DNA of 64,000 nt from Tubiluchus corallicola (Eukaryota; Animalia; Priapulida), in assembly GCA_030141605.1 (NCBI GenBank), contig JAQGDQ010000438.1, forward strand, positions 133,186 through 197,185. Reading direction: 5' to 3'. Made by a program: the position numbers and the translations under genes. A model generated the notes under the pieces. The model was not told where the DNA came from. It ran no database searches and worked only from the letters and a program-made list of their open reading frames with translations. Positions 11,128 through 24,488 of this stretch are shown here, one piece after another; within the stretch, counting starts at the first letter, position 1; each line of letters begins with the position of its first letter.

Positions 11128-12810
11128 TAGCAGCTCCACTATCTGGTCCTGACCTTATATAGTAGTACGTATCTGTGGTAGCAGCTCCCCTATCTGGTCC
11201 TGACCTTATATAGTAGTACGTATCTGTGGTAGCAGCTCCCCTATCTGGTCCTGACCTTATATAGTAGTACGTATCTGTGGTAGCAGCTCCCCTATCTGGT
11301 CCTGACCTTATATAGTAGTACGTATCAGTGGTAGCAGCTCCCCTATCTGGTCCTGACCTTATATAGTAGTACGTATCAGTGGTAGCAGCTCCCCTATTTG
11401 GTCCTGACCTTATATAGTAGTACGTATCAGTGGTAGCAGCTCCCCTATCTGGTCCTGACCTTATATAGTAGTACGTATCAGTGGTAGCATTTCCCCTATC
11501 TGGTCCTGACCTTATATAGTAGTACGTATCAGTGGTAGCAGCTCCCCTATTTGGTCCTGACCTTATATAGTAGTACGTATCAGTGGTAGCAGTTCCCCTA
11601 TCTGGTCCTGACCTTATATAGTAGTACGTATCAGTGGTAGCAGCTCCCCTATCTGGTCCTGACCTTATATAGTAGTACGTATCAGTGGTAGCAGCTCCCC
11701 TATCTGGTCCTGACCTTATATAGTAGTACGTATCTGTGGTAGCAGCTCCCCTATTTGGTCCTGACCTCATATAGTAGTACGTATCAGTGGTAGCAGTTCC
11801 CCTATCTGGTCCTGACCTTATATAGTAGTACGTATCTGTGGTAGCAGCTCCCCTATTTGGTCCTGACCTTATATAGTAGTACGTATCAGTGGTAGCAGCT
11901 CCCCTATCTGGTCCTGACCTTATATAGTAGTACGTATCTGTGGTAGCAGCTCCCCTATTTGGTCCTGACCTCATATAGTAGTACGTATCAGTGGTAGCAG
12001 TTCCCCTATCTGGTCCTGACCTTATATAGTAGTACGTATCAGTGGTAGCAGCTCCCCTATCTGGTCCTGACCTTATATAGTAGTACGTATCTGTGGTAGC
12101 AGCTCCCCTATTTGGTCCTGACCTTATATAGTAGTACGTATCAGTGGTAGCAGCTCCCCTATTTGGTCCTGACCTTATATAGTAGTACGTATCAAAGATA
12201 GTAGCTCCCCTATCTGGTCCTGACCTCATATAGTAGTACGTATCAGTGGTAGCAGCTCCCCTATCTGGTCCTGACCTTATATAGTAGTACGTATCTGTGG
12301 TAGCAGCTCCCCTATCTGGTCCTGACCTCATATAGTAGTACGTATCAGTGGTAGCAGCTCCCCTATCTGGTCCTGACCTTATATAGTAGTACGTATCTGT
12401 GGTAGCAGCTCCCCTATCTGGTCCTGACCTCATATAGTAGTACGTATCAGTGGTAGCAGCTCCCCTATCTGGTCCTGACCTTATATAGTAGTACGTATCA
12501 GTGGTAGCAGCTCCCCTATCTGGTCCTGACCTTATATAGTAGTACGTATCTGTGGTAGCAGCTCCCCTATCTGGTCCTGACCTTATATACTAGTACGTAT
12601 CTGTGGTAGCAGCTCCCCTATCTGGTCCTGCCCTTATATAGTAGTACGTATCAGTGGTAGCAGTTCCCCTATCTGGTCCTGACCTTATATAGTAGTACGT
12701 ATCAGTGGTAGCAGCTCCCCTATCTGGTCCTGACCTTATATAGTAGTACGTATCAAAGATAGTAGCTCCTATAACTGGTCCTGCCCTTATATAGTAGTAC
12801 ATATCAGTGG
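11128..12810. repeat. 51-bp minisatellite, about 33 units
   Basis: Unit GTAGCAGCTCCCCTATCTGGTCCTGACCTTATATAGTAGTACGTATC(T/A)GTG; produces the 483-aa minus-strand repeat ORF. Confidence 0.97.
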
Positions 12811-14526
12811 TCTGATACGTATCAGCCTTTATCTGGTCACTACCCATGATTTTGTTACATACTCTATTCACAGCTGACATTGTTTTCTAACGCTTTCTAG
12901 TCAAACTTTTTTTCGTATCATTATCTCGAACGCATTCTTATTCCTTTACCACTTTCCCGCTTCGATTTATATTTAAACTACTTCGTCTTACATGATTGAT
13001 TGCTGTCTCTCGGGAAATCATTGGACAGAATGACGTGAAAAACGAAACTGTCGCCGACAGGTGTGCAAAGATTGAAACCCTTTTAGACACTTTATAAAAA
13101 CACTTGATGCTCCGAAACTTTCAAGCAGAGATGGTAGAGTGAATCGATTAAGACAGAAAGCTGTATTGGGCATGTATTGATTGACATGAGTACTCTTTTT
13201 AACAAAATTTCTATCTAGAGACACTAACAGATACTGGAGACAATTACCGGAAATAGGTTTTTATAAAAACAAGTTATAAAACATTTAAAGCAAAACCGGA
13301 TCCAATCTTCTCTTTAAAGAAATGAAAACAATCTACTCTTTAAAATATTGAAAGGGAACACACTTTTTTTTTCAAAAATGACTTACGTGAAAGAATTATT
13401 ACCTCACAAACACAATTTCACGTTCGCGCCTCTAGTTCTTCGCTGTTACATGCATTTCACCATTCACTTGTTAGACGGGCACTAGCGCCTGCATTTCGGA
13501 AACGCATTACAAACGTGTTGTACCTCTCAGTTCAGATATGTTAGTTTGTGACGAACTAGACACGTTGGACAGCTCATGCGTGAGCACAGCGGTAAATTCA
13601 AAATTTTAATCTTAAAACTTGCCTAGCTTTAATACAACACACTGAATATCTTACACTAGCACTGTACTTCAATTTTCATTTTCGCAAACACGTGCAACAC
13701 GCTGGGTAGAATATTTTTGCCCTTGAAAATTATGTTAGTTTGTGATGTCGTCAATAGTTGGGTTCGACCGTCGTTAATTAAGTTTTTAATCTATTATTTA
13801 ATTATCAGAAACTGTTTTGCAGTATTAGCTGTGTTAAAATGTATCCTTTTTATCGGATCTGAAAATGGGATAGTATATTAAAAATCATCCTGTCTTCTTT
13901 AACAGATACATAACACTGGTACCTCAATATTACGTGTTACTGTCTGAATGAGTCTCGAGAGACTAATGTTGCAGTGATCCAGTTATCCGCTGAAGTGAAT
14001 GTCATATAGAGAGACATGTTTCTTAAAAGGGAATAGTCAGAACAGGCATACTCGCTTCCCCGTGGGCATTTGTTAAGTGAAGATAAATTGACTACATGGT
14101 TAATGTAAACAGTAGATCATAGCTTTGCAAAATTATGATTGTAGCGATGAATGGGATGAACACGTGAGGTTAGGATTCGTTTAGTTGTACCGCCACGAAA
14201 TGTCCATTTTTACAATGTCAAGACAATTTTAATGATTTTCTATTGAATATTGGTTATGAAGACAGTAATATGTGCAGTGTTGGCAAAGGACGGGAGGCAA
14301 AGCCCACATCATCTGATGTTTCAATGTAAATTCGTAAGTTGCATTAAACGTGAAAATTTTGTAAGCGTTTTACAGCACCAAGATGTCAATTATATGTTAA
14401 CTTGTGATGATAATCTGATTTTATATTATTTAACTTTGCTAATATTTTGTTAGATAATTTTATTTTGTCACTAACCAAACGGGATGAATTAATTTTTGAA
14501 AATTGTTATCAATGTCAGTTAGGAAA

Positions 14527-15097
<571 letters not shown>

Positions 15098-15458
15098 GAG
15101 CAAGTTTTTATGTAGTTCTGTATGCAGAATGATTCAATTCAATTCAAATTTTTATTTCGGTAACTAAGACCATAGGACCATATAAAATACGGATGCAATA
15201 GTAAAATGAAATAAAAATTACAGGAGTAAACATATATATATATATAAAGGGTTAATAAGTTGCATTTCACAAAAAAGCAAGATTTGAGCAGAAAAGGTTT
15301 TAGTAAAAATGTCGTTTAGCCTTGAAATTTGACATTTACAGAGAAGATCTAAAAAATAAAAAGATCAGTTAACAGTGTAAATGTGTGAATTAGGTGAAAT
15401 TGGTGAAGCAGAAGTTGAATTAAGCAAAAAAAGTGATATTATATCAGCAATGGGGTTA

Positions 15459-15564
15459 GTTTAGTTTAAACATAATTTATTTAGAATTGGATCAGACAGT
15501 TTGAGCAACATGATTTAGGATCCTCACCACAACAGACTTTATACACTATTTACAAGAACATTTA
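15459..15564 (-). mobile_element. CR1-family LINE extreme 3' end, copy 1
   Basis: Matches the copies starting at 26064 and 46621. AATAAA plus (AAACT)n tail on minus; degenerate TSD CAGCAATGGGGTTA / CAGCAAAGAGGTTA. Confidence 0.75.
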
Positions 15565-16255
15565 CAGCAAAGAGGTTATTTTCGGTGCTGTATTTGAGAA
15601 CTCGCAGCTATAGGAATTTCAAATTAGAGACTACGATTGGCGATATCTACTCTGACGAAAAACATTTTTCTCTGAAAGGAGAACCACTTCTTCAGAAAGT
15701 GCACGACCCGTTAGGACGGGTAATCCATTGTTTGACTGGATAAACGTAGCAGGATGTACTGCTATTGCTGACAACTGTCATTTGCAGAGGCTGCAGTACA
15801 TATCATTACCGACTGGAGTTCTTTTAAGACTTCTTCCAAAGCTTGATGATCTCTTAAAACCCGCGCTGGGACACATTACTGGCATAATTGGATTCCGTCC
15901 ACCGTTTAAGGATTACGTAGCTTTCCGGGGAATTCTGCAGTTTCATGCCAATTTCGGCTTGAGCTTTGAAAATTATAACTTTGTTAAAGCAGCGTTGACT
16001 ATGTGAGACCTAACATACGTTTTACAAAGGTTTGCGGAAGTAAAGTGTCAGTGAACATGTTTTGATGTTGATGTCATAATTTTGTTTAATTTTCTGTTGT
16101 CTTCGTCGATCATGTGGTGCGGTTTTGAAAATTTAAGTCTGTGATGGAAGATGGGCATTTTGTTGAAGGGAATAGTGGTCATAAAAGTGGTTCTTCACGT
16201 GGAAAGAGTTAGTCAAAAGTAACACCTTGACTAAAATGAAAAACTGTGAAAGCGT

Positions 16256-17190
<935 letters not shown>

Positions 17191-17704
17191 GAAAGAAAGG
17201 GTCTAATAAAGAATGCAAAAGAACGTACGAACCATTGTTTCTTCCCTAGTAATTAGCAGCACCACTTTTTACCATTTCATGACATTCTCAGATTGCAATT
17301 TGACCAGCCCATTTATGAGAAAGTTTCTCGAGCCTTTGCAATAAAAGTCGAATAAAACCGACTAAAGGTGACAAACTAAATCTGTCGGAGATTTAATGAT
17401 TGAATCTGCGCCAGCTTTCTGTGCTAATCTCCCAAGCCGCTAATGAGCTGATTGATCAACGAAGCAACCATTGACGCAACCAAGAAGACGGAATGGAATT
17501 CTCTTCAATGCTACGAACACAGAGTTGTTTACACTAACAGGCGTCTCAAGCGGAACAGGCAATTATGTATTCCATGAGTAGCTACGAAAAGGGATACCCA
17601 GAGGAATCACAACTCGCTTTTTTCAGTGTAATATGTAAGTGCAAGTGATGTACGTTCTAGGGATCTCTTTAGAGAATCTTGTTCTCAGTAAACAGGATAA
17701 TTAA

Positions 17705-17708
<4 letters not shown>

Positions 17709-17786
<78 letters not shown>
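17709..17786. repeat. (GA)n microsatellite
   Basis: Seen directly. Confidence 0.97.
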
Positions 17787-17789
<3 letters not shown>

Positions 17790-17971
17790 GAGATGAAAAT
17801 TCGTTTATAGATATCGAAGTCATCTAGTATTTTTTAATTGCTCTGCCACTGTTGTCATCATTGTTATAGTCAACCAATGTCTTCGTCATCATCGGCAGCT
17901 TAGCATTGTTATAATAGGCATCTTTGTCAATAGCAATGTTGCCAATATAATGTCAATGACAATGTTGTCAA

Positions 17972-18313
17972 CATTGTTGGCATCCTTCTGTCTCGGAAGA
18001 CAATGGGGTGTGCGCCAAGAGAGTCAGTTATTGATCAAATTGATGGAGCTCCAGCGTCGACTGTGGCTGAGCAGTCTGTTCCTTGAACCACGGGGCTCCA
18101 CTCCTGATTTGGAAGGTTTACTCCTCTACCCATGGCCGTTGGGTCACTTGAACTCCTCCGCCCTCTAACCGTTGACTGCTTGTACAGCTCCTCCGCCTAG
18201 TGTCGAGATACAGTGTGGGCATCCCGCAAGCCTACAGCACCTGGTATTCCTAGGCGGTCACCCATCAAAGTACTAACCAGGCTCTACGTTGCTTAACTTC
18301 GGTGATCAGACGA
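17972..18313 (-). mobile_element. 5S rRNA-derived SINE (SINE3) with RTE-derived body, copy 1 (5'-truncated, internally deleted)
   Basis: Collinear with 21915-22462 but lacks about 170 bp of body and the first ~30 nt of 5S; 5S-derived part at 18228-18313. Confidence 0.85.
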
Positions 18314-18444
18314 CAATTAACTGCAGTTACGGCTTGTTCTCATAATCTTTTAATAAAACTAAATACGAAATACTGTTCTAGTCAATATCATCGTCAGCAC
18401 TTCACCTAATTCCATTACCACTACTGCTATGATTATGATCGTCC

Positions 18445-18509
18445 TTATCATCATCGTCATCATCATCATCATCATCATCACCATCATCATCATAATCATC
18501 AGCATCATG

Positions 18510-18568
<59 letters not shown>

Positions 18569-18650
18569 TATCATTATCATTATCATTATCATCATCATCA
18601 TCATTATCGTCATCGTCATCATCATAATCATCACCATCATTATTATCATG

Positions 18651-18688
<38 letters not shown>

Positions 18689-18759
18689 TATCATCGTCAT
18701 CATCGTCATCATCATAATCATCACCATCATTATTATCATGAGCATCATCATCATTATCA

Positions 18760-18792
<33 letters not shown>

Positions 18793-18832
18793 TCATCATC
18801 ATCACCATCATCATGATTATCATCATCATTAT
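18445..18832. repeat. (CAT/CGT)n microsatellite
   Basis: Seen directly. Confidence 0.97.
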
Positions 18833-20043
18833 CAAGATGTCATAATCGTGATAATACTCATCGTCATCGCTGTATCACTACCCATTGTCGTCGTCTTCGT
18901 TGTCGTTATCTTATCATTAATTAATAGCGTAATAAGTTCGCGAGGTAAGGCAGTTGCTCCCAGCCACATAGCAACCTACAATAATTCAGCCTGGTCAGTA
19001 AAGTTTCAGGATTCGCTCGCAGAATTAATTACTGAAAGGCAGTCTATTTGTTCTGCGGTTGTCTCTCCCAAGTTATTGTGTCGGAAAATGTAAATGGTTT
19101 TAGCTGCAGGTATTAACCGATTGCTAGCATTTATACATACATGTCTCATTGCCGAAGATTAAATGAAAAAGTGAAATAGAAAGACTCCTCAAGTCATTCA
19201 TTCAGCGAACTGCCGAGAGCTTCAGAGTTTTGAGATGTTTTGTAACCATCTTTTCTGCAAGGAGGATGTTTTACTAACAAGCGCGGTTTTGAATAAGTTT
19301 TTCTATTATTCCTGTCTTACACTTTTACATCAGATTTCGCGTCATGTCATCAATTTTTCACAAACTTGCTGAAAATGTAGATCATGACGCTCGTAAGTCT
19401 CATTATACACAAGCGCGATGAGAAAATTCGTTGCATTTAGAACCGCTTTCATGTGTCTGCAATCATCCAGAGAAGCGTCAGCGTCTTATGATATCAAAGG
19501 TAGTCACACAATAAGCAGCTAGTGAGTTTGTTTAAAATTAGTCAATGCGTCTGTATGAAACCATCTTTTGATGTAGTTTTGTTAGAAAACTTAATAAAAT
19601 TTTGTAAAGGAACTGTTTGTACTGAGCTCACTTCTGACTGGCAAAGGTAGGAGATTCTTTGTCCTTGAGCAGTAAAAACAGTCGACGTTAGCTATGCATC
19701 ATAAGAAACATGTGGTGTGACCGCGGCCGGTTTAATATTACAGATCTATGGTCTAGTTTTTCCCGTATACATGATTGGGATAGATACTGGTAGATTTGTG
19801 CTGCATGTCCTAAATCACTCAAATGATTTAACAAATTTGTTCTAATACCTCAGAGTCTCTTACACTCCACAAAGGCATTAAGAGCCTAAAAGTGAATTTG
19901 TATGCGACTACTCTAACAATTAGTAAGGCCCGGGAAGCATTTGCACAAGGTCAGGGTTACTCTATAGGCTAGCATAGGCAGCAGCCTAGGGCGAATGGGA
20001 GCGGGGACATATTTTGCATTGCTGAATGATTCATATAACTTCA

Positions 20044-20500
20044 CCCTTCATACCCGTTGTATCCCGTGGGATACTAGAATATTTTCTGCCTTTAAAATTA
20101 ATAAAATTTTAAAACTGACAGTTATTTGATCTGTTAATAGTTATTTTGATTTAAGTCAATAACAATAGACTAAAAATGGTGATAAAATGGCAAACTAGAA
20201 AATCTACATAGCATAAAAAACTGCGCAAGGTACAGTACTTTAGAGACGACTTTGTAGAGATCAGTATAGCATGCATACTAAATGTCTTAAATACTTTAAA
20301 AAATTATCAGCAGTTGCAAAATGAAGCACATTTTATGCTTCCATTGAATCCCAATGTATCCCGTGAGATACAGGCTATATTTAGCACGCGGGCACAGGTA
20401 GAAAAAAATAATTATTATGTGTAAACAAGATGGACATACTGAACAAAAGTACCAAATCAAAAAAAGATTCTTATTAAAAAATAATTTGGGACTGAAAGGG
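20044..20500 (+). mobile_element. piggyBac-type MITE, copy 2 (nested)
   Basis: Same body as 1006-1445; left flank mutated to TTCA, right flank TTAA at 20501-20504. Confidence 0.9.
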
Positions 20501-20874
20501 TTAAACTGTAAAAAACGGAGGTCTGAGAGAGAACCCAATTTTAAAAAAAGAGTGGTTCCTTATTTGAGATAAGGGATATGACACCTGACTGAGGTTTTTT
20601 ATTTGAAATAAAGGCTCCTAGTTTCAGACCCTTTATTTGTGTAACAGGACGTCATTGTATTTTCCCATATCCGTCCTTTGATTCACATCCTCACATCCTG
20701 GAAATCAGGAACCATCCTCGAACCCGGACCGTGAGCGGTTCCTCAGTGCGCTTCCTGGCACCAACGACCGCACTTCATTAGTGAATTCTAGCCTGCTTGT
20801 ATATATGCTTCACACTCATCTTATTCACGTTGTTACGTTTATCATAAGATGTTTCTTTAGAACCATACTGGCTA

Positions 20875-21329
20875 CCGTATTTTCCCGTGTATAAGAGACC
20901 CTTGTGTATAAGAGACCCCTTCAATTTTTAGGCAAAAATTCTGGAAAAAAGTTTTTTCAGACGGACATTTTTAGAGGGTAGAGTACAACTTTTTTCAACT
21001 CAGTGCGGTACTGAAAACAAAATAAAACCAGTTAATGTGTTGTAGAAAAAGAGTACTGGTATATATTAAAGTGCGTACCTGCAAACCTGTAACAGGAAAA
21101 GAGAAAACGAGGAGATGATGCCTGTGTCACGATGCTTGTATTGCTTACAACCGCTTCATAGTCGAACGCGACACGCAAAACAGTTGTAGAGCACTTATTT
21201 CTTTAAAATCATTAGTGTCACAATTTATGCATCTTATTGAAAAGACTTACTCCCATGTATAAGAGACCCCCTATTTTTAAAGTGAAAATTCTGAGCAAAA
21301 AAGGGTCTCTTATACACGGGAAAATACGG
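20875..21329. mobile_element. Tc1/mariner-superfamily (Tc2/pogo-like) MITE (nested)
   Basis: Perfect 29-bp TIR CCGTATTTTCCCGTGTATAAGAGACCCTT, TA TSD (20873-20874, 21330-21331), subterminal TGTATAAGAGACCC repeats. Confidence 0.92.
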
Positions 21330-21914
21330 TAGTTTGGGGTTGATGCTAATCGTTGTTACATTTCATAATGGCTCCTAGTATTGACGTCCTTGGTTTGAGA
21401 TATGGGCCCACACGTATTTAAATGTCGCTAAAATTCATCACAAGGAAAGATATCCAAGATGGCTGCAGGGGAGTTAGAGGGTGAGGCTCCATCTGAGGGG
21501 ACCGCATAATTTCATTTGCCTAAAAGGTCGTAATCCGGCCCTGCATAAGGTGAAAACTTTGTGAAATTATAACATGACAATATGTTCAATATCCACCGAC
21601 CTTTAATAAAACACAAGCGTTTCGCCATTTCGCGTAGTGTTTCGCTTGTGGTGTTGCATCACCAATGATAGGGTCTTAATAAGTGGCCAAGATAGTAGTG
21701 AAAATCCGTTATTAATATTTCTTAGTATTTTTAATTTATATAGAGACCTAATTTGCAGGCAATAAGTTGATTTTTTGTACAATCGTGATTCTAGTACTCA
21801 ACGGCCTGCTTACTAACCGTGGAATTATTAAGAGCTTAAACTGTGCTTTAGCTTCAATACGCAAAACATGTTCAAAGTTATAGTTAATGTCCGTTTTATA
21901 TATTTTATTAAAGT

Positions 21915-22462
21915 CATTGTTGGCATCCTTCTGTCTCGGAAGACAATGGAGTGTGCGCCAAGAGAGTCAGTTACTGATCATGTTGATGGAGCTGCAGCGT
22001 TGACTGTGGCTGAGCAGTGCGATCCATGAACGTCTCCAGTGCGCACGCCTGGGCAAGGTGTATGGAGATCCTGAGTTGCCCAGACACAGGAACCCCCTCT
22101 CTTCCTCCCTGGTGTAGTGCAAAGGAAAGCGGAGCGATACATTTGGCACCAGGTTGGCTGCAGGAGCTGCCTGAGTCAGTGAGCATGCTGCACTGGTCCG
22201 CCTTCGGGGCTCCACTCCTGATTTGGAAGGTTTACTCCTCTAAACATGGCCGTTGGGTCACTTGACCTCCTCCGCCCTCTAGCCGTTGGCTGCCTTGTGC
22301 AGCTCCTCCACTTAATGTCGAGATACAGTGAGGGCATCCCGCAAGCCTACAGGACCTGGTATTCCTAGGCGGTCACCCATCCAAGTACTAACCAGGCTCT
22401 ACGTTGCTTAACTTCGGTGATCAGACGAGAACCGGTGTTTTCAACGTGATTTGGCCGTTGTT
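21915..22462 (-). mobile_element. 5S rRNA-derived SINE (SINE3) with bipartite RTE body, copy 2 (apparently full length)
   Basis: Minus strand: 120-nt 5S head, RTE-5'UTR-like body, RTE ORF-end peptide SWIALLSHSQRCS, RTE-type 3' end CCATTGTCTTCCGAGACAGAAGGATGCCAAC. Confidence 0.85.
22343..22462 (-). rRNA. Full-length 5S rRNA-like sequence (SINE head or pseudogene rather than an rDNA array unit)
   Basis: ACAACGGCCAAATCACGTTGAAAACACCGGTTCTCGTCTGATCACCGAAGTTAAGCAACGTAGAGCCTGGTTAGTACTTGGATGGGTGACCGCCTAGGAATACCAGGTCCTGTAGGCTT. Box A, intermediate element and box C recognisable; no T4 terminator follows. Confidence 0.9.
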
Positions 22463-23019
22463 AGACCATATTGTTACGTATCTGTAAACTTCCGCTTTTG
22501 AAGTTGGCTTACACTCTAAATCTGCTAAGATTGTAAGCGGGGAGTTTGCGGGCACCAAGGGTAGAGAGAACAGATATTGCAAGCAGCATGAACACTGTCC
22601 ATGAGTAGAAGTGACTGTTGAACATTTTACAACGTAGAAATATCGGTACCAGGAAGCCATTTATAATTATTTTAGACGGAAACTCGTTAACGTGAAGCAC
22701 TTATTCCCTGAGAAACAGAGAAATCTCACACACCAACATGGTCAATACGTCAATATTGTTTCACAAAGTGTTCTCTTTGATTTTCACTTGAACTTGATTA
22801 AAAGAGTAAGTGCCAAGATAGGGTGTGCCAACAATCTTTTCAAGCAGAACATTCTCCGCTCTTTATGATTCACAGCTTCCTCACATTCGAGGTATCCTTG
22901 GAGAACACGCTCTCCTTATGAGCTTTAAAAATACGAATTTTTTGAAAGCACGAATGCAACAAATGCAGTAGCATAATTAATTTCTTCAGAACTGATACGT
23001 TTTTGCCATACTGTGCATC

Positions 23020-23090
23020 ATTTCAGGTATGTGGAGTACGTCAAGGAGCCGTAATGTCTCCATCATTACTTAGTATATACATGACAACTA
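23020..23090 (+). pseudogene. Short RT fragment (RTE-group LINE) interrupted by a piggyBac MITE
   Basis: Translates VCGVRQGAVMSPSLLSIYM, matching the GVRQGxxLSPxLF motif. Confidence 0.6.
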
Positions 23091-23094
23091 TTAA

Positions 23095-23538
23095 CCCTTT
23101 CATACCCGTTGTATCCCGTGGGATACGAGAATATTTTTTGACTTTAAAATTAATAAAATTTTAAAACTGACAGTTATTTGATCTGTTAATAGTTATTTTG
23201 ATTTAAGCCAATAACAAAAGACTAAAAATGGTGATAAAATGGCAAACTACAAAATCTACATAGCATAAAAAACTGCGCAAGGTACAGTACTTTAGAGACG
23301 ACTTTGTACAGATCAGCATAGCATGCGTACTAAATGTCTTAAATACTTTAAAAAATTATCAGCAGTTGCAAAATGAAGCGCATTTTATGCTTCCATTGAA
23401 TCCCAATGTATCCCGTGGGATACAGGCTATATTTAGCACACGGGCACAGGTAGAAAAAAATAATTATGTGTAAACAAGATGGACATACCAAGCCAAAAAT
23501 TTTTTTCTTATTAAAAAAATAATTTGGGACTGAAAGGA
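23095..23538 (+). mobile_element. piggyBac-type MITE, copy 3
   Basis: TTAA at 23091-23094 and 23539-23542; right end mutated to GGA. Confidence 0.9.
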
Positions 23539-23627
23539 TTAAAGAATAATCAGGTGACCCGTTTTCTGTTTAAATTGGGCTTGTCCTAACACTGGGAAAA
23601 ACCTGTTCCATCTTTTTCACGTGCCAG

Positions 23628-24023
23628 ACAGGTTTTTCCCAAGGATCTACTTCCTGCCTACCCATTTTCCCAAGGATCTACTTTCTGCCTACCCATTTTC
23701 CCAAGAATCTACTTCCTGTCTACCCATTTTCCCAAGAATCTACTTCCTGTCTACCCATTTTCTACTTCCTGCCTACCCATTTTCCCACGGATCTACTTTC
23801 TGCCTACCCATTTTCCCAAGAATCTACTTCCTGTCTACCCATTTTCCCAAGAATCTACTTCCTGTCTACCCATTTTCCCAAGGATCTACTTCCTGCCTAC
23901 CCATTTTCCCAAGGATCTACTTCCTGCTTACCCATTTTCCCAAGGATCTACTTTCTGCCTACTCATTTTCCCAAGGATCTACTTCCTGCCTACCCATTTT
24001 CCGAAGGATCTACTTCCTGCCTA
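23628..24023. repeat. 31-bp minisatellite, about 12-13 units
   Basis: Unit TTTTCCCAAGGATCTACTTCCTGCCTACCCA; period seen at 23641/23672. Confidence 0.96.
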
Positions 24024-24449
24024 CACTCTTATACTTCCATATGCATTTAGATAATTACCTTTTTAATGAAGAGATAACAGTAGTGATTCACTTGGCTTTA
24101 AAGTTATTCATTACAATTAAACTACAGAAGTTTGAGTTACTACTCTACATGGAATACTTCTTAACTAGCTTTAAGTAGAATAATATATAACTGCCCAATC
24201 GGAAAGATGTTTTCGACACCTTGACTGGGCACACCTGCAAATAGAGCACCTAGTGCTTCTCAGACTTAGTTTTAGTCATTTTATTTCACACGTCTAACCT
24301 CACAAACAAACATGTGAAGTATTCGGTAGCGTCTTAATTGACTGTAAATTCAAATGAAATGTAAAAAAGTCGATATAGCTTATAGGTTCTAAAAATTCTG
24401 AGTTTGTTAAATGGCGAAGGGATGATAATCATCATTATCATCATCATCA

Positions 24450-24488
<39 letters not shown>

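Larger units (their letters stand above)
19952..21543 (+). mobile_element. hAT-type MITE hosting two nested MITEs
   Basis: CAGGG...TAATCCGGCCCTG termini; 8-bp TSD CACAAGGT/CATAAGGT (7/8). Internal segments match the reverse complement of 27142-27576. Confidence 0.8.

Noticed and set aside
13537-13745. 15-bp direct repeat TATGTTAGTTTGTGA 194 bp apart (possible TSD)
   Set aside because: The intervening sequence has no tail, TIR or second copy in the window.
15600-16230. GC-richer unique segment with a 92-aa ORF (15728-16006) and a minus-strand acceptor-like TTTTAG near 16231
   Set aside because: No recognisable homology, non-ATG start, stops soon after the acceptor in all frames; cannot be supported as an exon without RNA data.
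22343-22462. Functional 5S rDNA gene or array
   Set aside because: Not tandemly arrayed, no oligo-T terminator, mismatches in the terminal helix, and fused to the same RTE-like body in two dispersed copies.
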